A stretch of 45,704 bases of DNA, the filler included, from Anaerolineae bacterium (GTDB lineage Bacteria; Chloroflexota; Anaerolineae; B4-G1; DUEL01), in assembly GCA_041082215.1 (NCBI GenBank). It is 9 parts of 9 records of this genome, joined end to end, with 100 filler letters (N's around TTAATTAATTAA, not from the genome) between each part and the next. Parts side by side here need not be neighbours in the genome. Positions count along the whole stretch, not along the records: positions 37,225 to 40,291 come from JBDOIF010000009.1; positions 40,392 to 42,691 come from JBDOIF010000113.1; positions 42,792 to 44,580 come from JBDOIF010000116.1; positions 44,681 to 45,704 come from JBDOIF010000139.1; 5 more parts are not named here. One strand, 5' to 3'. Positions 37,821 through 45,704 of the stretch are shown here, in pieces. The number at the start of each line of letters is the position of its first letter. The first letter of the stretch is position 1. Below the pieces are notes generated by a model, which saw nothing but the letters and a program-made list of their open reading frames with translations, did no database searches and was not told the origin of the DNA. Both the position numbers and the translations under genes were made by a program.

Positions 37821-38741
37821 CTACCAGATGCGAATCCCGAAGTAGCCCAGGATGAACTTGAGGGCGACGTACAGGAAGTAGAGGCCGAAGATAAACTTGA
37901 GGGTGTGGGGCTTAAAGCGCTTGATGATAGCCGCGCCGACCTGGGCGCCGATGATGGTGCCGCCGCCCAGCAGTCCCCCGGCCACCAGCGCCACAAACCC
38001 CTGGGCCAGTTTGATCAGCCCGCCCACCAGGGCCAGCGGGACCATCACCGCCAGCGAGGTGCCCATGGTGATGTAGACGGGCGCGGAGAAGAGGTAGATG
38101 AGGCCGGGTACCAGCGCGTAGCCGCCGCCCAGCCCGGCCAGGCCGGTGGCGATGCCGACGACGAAGCCGAAGACGGCCATCCCCCAGCCGCTGCCGGGAA
38201 TCTCATTACCCTCCTTCTTTGCCGGCCCCTTGCCGGTGAAGCCCTGGATGCCCTCCCAGATCATCCGTATGGCGGGCCAGAGGAAGAGCACGCCCAGGAC
38301 CAGCCCCAGGAGCGCCTGGTGTGCGGCCAGGAAGGTGAAGAGCCAGGAGCCCAGCAGCACACCCAGGACGCCCCCGCCGCCCAGCCAGAGGGCCGCACGC
38401 CGGTCCAGGTTGCGCCGCACCAGATGCCCCCACGCCCCCGAAGTGGCGGTGAAGATGACGGCGAAGAGGGTGGTGCCCACCGCCAGCGAGGCCGGGAAGC
38501 CCATCCAGAAGTGGATGATGGGCAGCATCACACTGCAGCCGCCGGTGCCGATGAGGCCCCCCAGCAGCCCGGCGAAGAAGCCCACCACCAGCAGGAGAAT
38601 CCCCCGCCCGACCCCGATGGGCGGCTGTCCTTCTGCCGTCTGTCCGGCCAGCGCCGCCCAGATGACGACCGCTGCAACGATGACCAGCAACACCAGTGTG
38701 ACGATTTGGGTCCGATACCACGGCGCCTTTTCTGCAGCCAT
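37821..38741 (-). CDS. TauE/SafE (TSUP) family transporter
   Basis: GLLGGLIGTGGCSVMLP, AVGTTL, GLAGLGGGYALVP, MGTSL. Confidence 0.88.
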   Translation of the reverse strand: MAAEKAPWYRTQIVTLVLLVIVAAVVIWAALAGQTAEGQPPIGVGRGILLLVVGFFAGLLGGLIGTGGCSVMLPIIHFWMGFPASLAVGTTLFAVIFTATSGAWGHLVRRNLDRRAALWLGGGGVLGVLLGSWLFTFLAAHQALLGLVLGVLFLWPAIRMIWEGIQGFTGKGPAKKEGNEIPGSGWGMAVFGFVVGIATGLAGLGGGYALVPGLIYLFSAPVYITMGTSLAVMVPLALVGGLIKLAQGFVALVAGGLLGGGTIIGAQVGAAIIKRFKPHTLKFIFGLYFLYVALKFILGYFGIRIW

Positions 38742-38783
38742 TGCTCTAACCTCCTTTGCGGAACATTCCTACCCACGAGCGGA

Positions 38784-38816
38784 AGATGACAATCACCTTT
38801 GAGGTGACTGTCACCT
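38784..38816. repeat. REP-like palindrome family A
   Basis: AGATGACAATCACCT-TTG-AGGTGACTGTCACCT. Confidence 0.75.
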
Positions 38817-38820
38817 CATC

Positions 38821-39933
<1,113 letters not shown>

Positions 39934-40033
39934 TGCAGAGTACCTCCTGTTGAGATTGAGTAGGATATGGACATTCCAGATGTCCGACGTACGACGCACG
40001 GATGGGAGCCGTAGCGGGTCATACAGGTGACAG

Positions 40034-40291
40034 TCACCTTATCTTTATTCCTCCGGCGCCGTCCAGCGCCTCCCGCAGCCAGGCCACCACTTCCTCCACC
40101 TTCGGGATGCGCCCGGCGCAGACCAGTTTCTCGTTGACCACCAAGCCCGGTGTGAAGAGGATCGGGTATCTGGTAATCTCCGCGTAGTCGGTAACGTGCT
40201 GGATGGTCGCTTCCAGGTCCGGTATCTCCTCGGCCAGGACCTCCAGCGCGGCGACGGCCTGCTGCTCCACCCAGTTACAGGCCTCGCAGCC
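40034..40291 (-). CDS. Small redox-active disulfide (thioredoxin-like, MTH895-type) protein, 5' truncated
   Basis: GCEAC (CxxC), [25 protein letters not shown]. Confidence 0.85.
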   Translation of the reverse strand, partial: GCEACNWVEQQAVAALEVLAEEIPDLEATIQHVTDYAEITRYPILFTPGLVVNEKLVCAGRIPKVEEVVAWLREALDGAGGIKIR

Positions 40292-40392
40292 NNNNNNNNN
40301 NNNNNNNNNNNNNNNNNNNNNNNNNNNNNNNNNNNTTAATTAATTAANNNNNNNNNNNNNNNNNNNNNNNNNNNNNNNNNNNNNNNNNNNNA

Positions 40393-40524
40393 AGCCGCCA
40401 GCGGGCGCGGGAAGAGACCCTTTCGGGCCAGCCGGTCCGCTGGGACGCCGCCGTGGTCATCGCGACCTGGCTGCTGGTACTGGCGCTGGTCGCGGCCATC
40501 CTCTGGAGGGTTCTGGCAAAGTGA
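40393..40524 (+). CDS. C-terminal fragment of a membrane protein
   Basis: ...VRWDAAVVIATWLLVLALVAAILWRVLAK*, GTGA overlap with the next gene. Confidence 0.5.
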   Translation, partial: SRQRAREETLSGQPVRWDAAVVIATWLLVLALVAAILWRVLAK

Positions 40525-41486
40525 CGGAACACGTAACACACGACACACCCTACGCCGTAGAGGCCAGCGGCCTCACCAAAAAATTCGGCGACTTCACCGC
40601 CGTGGACGGCGTCTCGTTTCGCATCCGGCGCGGTGAGATTTTCGGCTTCCTGGGGCCCAATGGTGCCGGAAAGACCACAACTATCCGCATGCTCCTGGGG
40701 CTCCTGCGCCCCACGTCCGGCACCGCCACCGTCCTGGGATACGACATCGTCCGGCAGGCGGAGGAAATCCGCCAGCGCGTCGGCTATATGTCCCAGCGGT
40801 TCAGCCTCTACCAGGACCTGACCGTCTCCGAAAATCTGGAATTCTACGGCCGGACCTACGGGGTCCGGGGGGAACGGTTGCGGGAGCGCAAAGAATTCGT
40901 CATCCGCATGGCGGGGCTGGAGGGGCGGGAGCGGGAACTGACCCGCAACCTTTCCGGCGGCTGGAAACAGCGGCTGGCGCTGGGCGCGGCCATCCTCCAT
41001 GAGCCCCAGATGCTCTTTCTGGACGAGCCGACAGCGGGGGTGGACCCCATCTCCCGTCGCGCCTTCTGGGACCTGCTTTACGAACTGGCGGCAGGCGGGA
41101 CGACCATCTTTGTCACCACCCACTACATGGACGAGGCGGAGCACTGCCACACCCTGGCCTTCATCTACGGGGGCCGTATCATCGCCCAGGGCTCACCCGA
41201 AGAGATCAAGCGTACCCAGATGCGGGGACAGGTCCTGGAAGTGGATTGCTCCGACCCGGAGCGGGCTGTCCTGCTCCTGCGGCAGGCCGGGCAGTTTGAC
41301 GAGGTGGCGCTCTACGGCTCGCTGATTCACGTCATCACCCAGGACGTGGAGGCTCACCGGCAGGGAATCCTTGAACAGCTGAGCCAGGCCGGAATCGCTG
41401 TCCACTCGGTGGATTGGATTGTCCCGTCGCTGGAGGATGTGTTCATCTCGCGCGTGCGCACCGTAGCGCAAGATTATGAACTTTGA
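40521..41486 (+). CDS. ABC-2 type transporter ATP-binding protein
   Basis: GPNGAGKTT, LSGGWKQR, LFLDEP, TTHYMDEAE, PSLEDVF. Confidence 0.93.
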   Translation: MTEHVTHDTPYAVEASGLTKKFGDFTAVDGVSFRIRRGEIFGFLGPNGAGKTTTIRMLLGLLRPTSGTATVLGYDIVRQAEEIRQRVGYMSQRFSLYQDLTVSENLEFYGRTYGVRGERLRERKEFVIRMAGLEGRERELTRNLSGGWKQRLALGAAILHEPQMLFLDEPTAGVDPISRRAFWDLLYELAAGGTTIFVTTHYMDEAEHCHTLAFIYGGRIIAQGSPEEIKRTQMRGQVLEVDCSDPERAVLLLRQAGQFDEVALYGSLIHVITQDVEAHRQGILEQLSQAGIAVHSVDWIVPSLEDVFISRVRTVAQDYEL

Positions 41487-41566
41487 AAAATTAATCCGCA
41501 CACAATGGCATAGAACAATGGAGATGGTTCACAGTTGGTGACACTTTCTGCATCGGCACCTGCCTG

Positions 41567-41618
41567 CTGCCCCTCTCCCCCCTGCCCCCCTCTCCCCCTC
41601 GCTTCGCTCTGGGGAGAG
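41567..41618 (-). repeat. REP-like palindrome family B with its left arm cut by IS110 copy 2
   Basis: Minus strand CTCTCCCCAGAGCGAAGCGAGGGGGAGAGGGGGGCAGGGGGGAGAGGGGCAG. Confidence 0.7.
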
Positions 41619-42691
41619 ATTTGCGGTGAAAAGTCAAGAGGGGGTATGAGGCTGTCAGCGCACCTTTGGGCTAACTGGCACTGAATCAGGACAATAATTC
41701 CCCCTCCCTCGCCAAAAACCATTTCGGCGAGGTGATATGGAGCATCCGTTGAAGCCCGGCGCTGCCTGGCCCTTAGGCCGACACCGGAGAAAAGACCTCC
41801 ACCTCCTCTGCCAACAGCACGGCCTGGGGCATGGCGTACGCAATGTTCTTCGCCAGCAGGGTGTGCACCAGGCGGACCAGTTTCCGTCCGGTCAAAACGA
41901 GGGCCCGCTTGTGCTTATGCCGGGGGGTCTCCCGGTACTTGCGCCAGTAGTAGGCCCGATACTCCGGGTTGTGCTGGCGCAGACAGTTCGCCCCCTGGGT
42001 GAAATAGTAACGCAGATAGGGATTGCCGCCCGACACCAGGCGGGTATCTTCCGCCTCAAAAGTGCCCGATTGAGAGCGTTTCCAGACCAGACCCGCATAG
42101 GCTGCCAACTGCGGGTGATCTGGAAAACGCCCAATGTCGCCGATTTCGGCCAGAATCCCGGCGCTGATCACCGGCCCCAGCCCGGAGACGGTCCGGAGGG
42201 GATTGGGCACATCCGCTATCTGGCGGGCGATCTCCCGGTCCAGCCGCTGGAGCAACCGCTCCAGAAACTGGATATGGTCCCGCATCACCGCCAGGCTGAA
42301 GGTCACCGCCTCATCCAGTTCCGGCGCCACCGGATAGGAGCGGCGGAGGGCCTCCTGGACCCGGCGGGCGGTGGCTTCGGGGTCGTCAAAGGCGTGGCGA
42401 CCCCGGCGGGCAATCAGGTCAGCCAGGGCCGTCAGCGACATCTGGGCCAAGTCGTCTGCCGTAAACTCGGTCAGCAAGGCCATGCTGGTAGCACCCAGGG
42501 GGTCGCGGGTGGGTTGAACCTGTTGCTAGGCACTCAGTTTGAGAAACAGATAGGCCAGGAAGCGGACCTTCTCTCGGGCCAGGTCGTGGACGAGGTGGTA
42601 GCGGTAGCGAGTCAGCCGCCGGAGCGCCTGCCAGAAGTCATCGGGAACCGAAGCGGCGGGGAGGTGGCCGAAGCGCAGGCGTTCGGCGATG
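41617..42691 (-). mobile_element. Second IS110-family element, right part only
   Basis: Transposase C-terminus plus right end CTTGACTTTTCACCGCAAATCT abutting the REP. Confidence 0.75.
41773..42691 (-). pseudogene. IS110 transposase fragment with an in-frame TAG
   Basis: IAERLRFG, LRRLTRYR, TAG at 42526-42528, GLGPVISAGILAEIGD, YAGL...SQSG, GNPYLRYY, TGRKLVR. Confidence 0.85.
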
Positions 42692-42791
42692 NNNNNNNNN
42701 NNNNNNNNNNNNNNNNNNNNNNNNNNNNNNNNNNNTTAATTAATTAANNNNNNNNNNNNNNNNNNNNNNNNNNNNNNNNNNNNNNNNNNNN

Positions 42792-43783
42792 TTCGACCGA
42801 TACCAGCCGTTGTTGCCCATTGTCCCCACAGGCATCGCTGTCGTCGCTGGCGGGGTCAGGTCCTGGGCGGCGCTCTGCGTCGGCCCCCAGTTCCCCACCG
42901 TCCCGCTCCCATCCCGTGCCCGGATGCGGTAATACCAGGTCCCATCGCCCAGGTTGGTGAAGGTGGTGCTCCCGCCCCCGACCCAGCCGCTGTCCCGCAC
43001 ATCCTGGCTGAAGGCCGTATCCCGCGCCGCCTGGACCTGGTATTGCAGCCCGGCGACGGTCGTCCAGGTGACCGTCCGGCTCGACCCGCCGGCGCAGGCC
43101 GGGCCGATGTTCAGCGCGGGAGGGGCGGGGGCCAGCGTCGCCTCCAGCCAGTACTGGACCCCGATGGGGTTGCAGTTGGGGGTGCATACGTTGTCGTTGG
43201 AGACCGCCACTGCCAGCAGGTTGTCCCCCGGATGGACCAGCGACGGCGACAGGTCAAAAGTCGTGCTCCCCCCTTCGTGCTCTGCGATGACCAGCGTGCC
43301 GTTGATGAACCACTGGGAGTCGTTGTCGGAGAAGACCCACAGCCGCAGGGCGGTGGGTTCGTAGCCGTCGGGGACGGTGAACCAGCGCCGGTGCAGGTCG
43401 GTCACCCCGCTGGGGAGGCTGTCGTCGGCCCGCGCCGCGTGGTTGCCGATGGCGGGGATGGGGCGGTAGAAGGAGCCGCCCCACGTCGGCTCCCAGGCCA
43501 CAAACGTCAGGTCGGGCCACCACGAATCGTCGTAGCCGGGCGTCTGCCAGCCTGTGTATGGGCCGGAAGGAACGTAGGGAAAAAACGGACAGTTGGAGGA
43601 TGAAACGCAGCCCCTGTAGGCGTCGTAGTTGACCCGCTGCCACCGCCCGGAGCCGGTGCGCCAGCCGTCGCCGCCCGGGGAGCGGACAAGCCGTGTCCAC
43701 CCCGGCGTCTGCGCGTTCGGTCGCAGCGGGAAGAGGAGCAGGGCCATCAGAAGGACCAGCAGGAAGGCCGAAATCCGTCTCAA
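42792..43783 (-). CDS. Secreted modular protein (galactose-binding-like + FN3-like + Ig-like), truncated
   Basis: TTG start overlapping the upstream TGA; WQTPGYDDSWW, FSDND..WFING, PGDNLLAVAV, DGTWYYRIRARD, DLTPPATT..GNNGWY. Confidence 0.75.
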
Positions 43784-44541
43784 CTTCCGCCTCCTACCAC
43801 CAGGTGCAGAAACGACACGGGATAGCAGGGGTCCCAATCATCCCAGTCATCGGTCCAGAGCAAATCGAATGAAGCGTAGATGTCCGGCGCTCCATACGGC
43901 AGTTCGGTGACCTCATCCCCGCGCAGGAGTATCGCCAGCCGGTCCGGGACGGGCTGTCCCACCAGGCCGGGCAGCGGTATCCAGACCTGAAGGTTGCCGG
44001 GGGTCCACTGGGAGGTGTCGTAGGTCCCCAGGGGCGGCTCCTCCCAGCAGCTCCAGTGGCTCTTCCTGACGGGCAGGGGGCAGTTGTCCCGGTAGACCTG
44101 GAGCAGGAAGTCGGCGGTGATGGCCACATAGCTGTACGTCCCCAGCTCCAGCGTTGCCGAGAGAATCTCCCCCTGGGGAGCGCCGGACAGGTTGAACAGG
44201 ATGACCGGGCGGCTGATACGGTAAAGCTTTCCCGGCTTGAGAGGACCGTTCATCGTGCCAACGCCGCGGTCATATCGCCACCAGGTGAGATTGTTCCCGC
44301 TGAGGGCTTCCTGGAGGCTGTACCCTGCCCCCACGATCCAGTGTCCCTCGACGGCGGGAGCGGTGAAGGAGATGGGCAGGCTGTACCGGTTTGCCACGAG
44401 CGGCAGGTAGGCGGTGTACACGTCCGTGGCGTCCCGGACCGGCGCGGCCAGGGCCGGACGGGTCTCGCCCGACGGCAGCAGAAGCACAACCAGGGCCAGA
44501 AGGAGCAGAGCGCCGATGGCAGCAGCAGTTATACCTCGCAT
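43780..44541 (-). CDS. Secreted hypothetical protein with an N-terminal YLPLV motif
   Basis: Signal peptide; YTAYLPLVAN; ILFNLS...ILSATLEL (DNRLRE-like). Confidence 0.75.
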   Translation of the reverse strand: MRGITAAAIGALLLLALVVLLLPSGETRPALAAPVRDATDVYTAYLPLVANRYSLPISFTAPAVEGHWIVGAGYSLQEALSGNNLTWWRYDRGVGTMNGPLKPGKLYRISRPVILFNLSGAPQGEILSATLELGTYSYVAITADFLLQVYRDNCPLPVRKSHWSCWEEPPLGTYDTSQWTPGNLQVWIPLPGLVGQPVPDRLAILLRGDEVTELPYGAPDIYASFDLLWTDDWDDWDPCYPVSFLHLVVGGGS

Positions 44542-44680
44542 CCTTTCACCTCTCTACGGCAATCTCCCGCCCGTCCAGGTNNNNNNNNNNNNNNNNNNNN
44601 NNNNNNNNNNNNNNNNNNNNNNNNTTAATTAATTAANNNNNNNNNNNNNNNNNNNNNNNNNNNNNNNNNNNNNNNNNNNN

Positions 44681-45134
<454 letters not shown>

Positions 45135-45214
45135 TAAGGTTTACCGCAGAGGGCGCGGAGAGCGCAGAGGATGGAGAGCGACATCCTCTGCGCTCTTGGG
45201 CTCGTTTCACACGA

Positions 45215-45704
45215 GCGCTATCTCTTTGAGCCACCTTCCCAATCTTCCCTCGCTTTGAGGGGCAGGCAGATCCGGAACCCGGCCCTGAAGGGCCGGGCTG
45301 GGGTTACGAAGCCCGCTGCGTGGGCTGCTGGCCCTCACCCCCAGCCCCTCTCCCACTGGCGCGGGAGAGGGGAGGGTAGAGCTACGCTTTGCGGCATTGC
45401 ACCACGATTAACGGTTGTACTCAAACATGTTCGGTCTGCACCTCCCCCCGCTGGGGGAAGGCAGAATATATGTGATCCGGAACCCGGCCCTGAAAGGTCG
45501 GGCTGGGGTTACGAAGGCCGCTGCGCGGGCTGATGGGGCCCCCCCCCAGCCCCCCGCCCCCGGGGGGGGTGGGGCAAGGGGGGGGGGGCATCAGCCCACG
45601 CAGCGGGCTTCGTAACCCCAGCCCGGCCCTTCAGGGCCGGGTTCCGGATCTGCCTGCCCCTCAAAGCGAGGGAAGATTGGGAAGGTGGCTCAAAGAGATA
45701 GCGC
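45215..45704. repeat. 113-bp inverted repeat enclosing REP-like units
   Basis: 45215-45327 is the reverse complement of 45592-45704; the unit GATCCGGAACCCGGCCCTGAA...GGGCTG also occurs as a direct repeat at 45269 and 45474. Confidence 0.85.

Overview
This is not one continuous locus. It is nine GC-rich contigs joined by 100-nt artificial linkers (N44-TTAATTAATTAA-N44), so adjacency across linkers carries no meaning. The gene content suggests a Chloroflexota (Anaerolineae-like) genome bin (inference). Contig 1 (1-21459) has a Tad/Flp pseudopilin cluster, including a TadG-vWA gene missing from the ORF track and a ~1100-aa TadE-like adhesin. It also has tRNA-Lys(CTT), a 173-bp MITE, an M28/PA peptidase, a 4xPA14 protein, three lipoproteins, a Na+-pumping acyl-CoA decarboxylase operon (mmdADCB-like) and a truncated CRISPR array. 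Contig 2 has a PhnD/AioX-like binding protein with a sensor kinase, a four-gene deacetylase/ATP-grasp/GT2/hydrolase polysaccharide operon, cysE and a ThiF/MoeB fragment. The later contigs carry ptsI, IS1634 abutting a broken ISAs1, CBS-fbp, a complete IS110/IS1111-type element, an arsenic cluster (thioredoxin-like, acr3, TauE, small ORF, Fe-S protein), an ABC ATPase, a second IS110, secreted proteins and leuB. Best leads: (1) an unannotated 69-aa candidate selenoprotein with an in-frame UGA and a SECIS-like hairpin inside the arsenic cluster; (2) an IS110-family element whose 3' non-coding region reads as a two-loop bridge RNA programmed against a REP palindrome, with a second, divergent IS110 inserted in the same REP family; (3) a PNAG-like operon that includes an ATP-grasp ligase.
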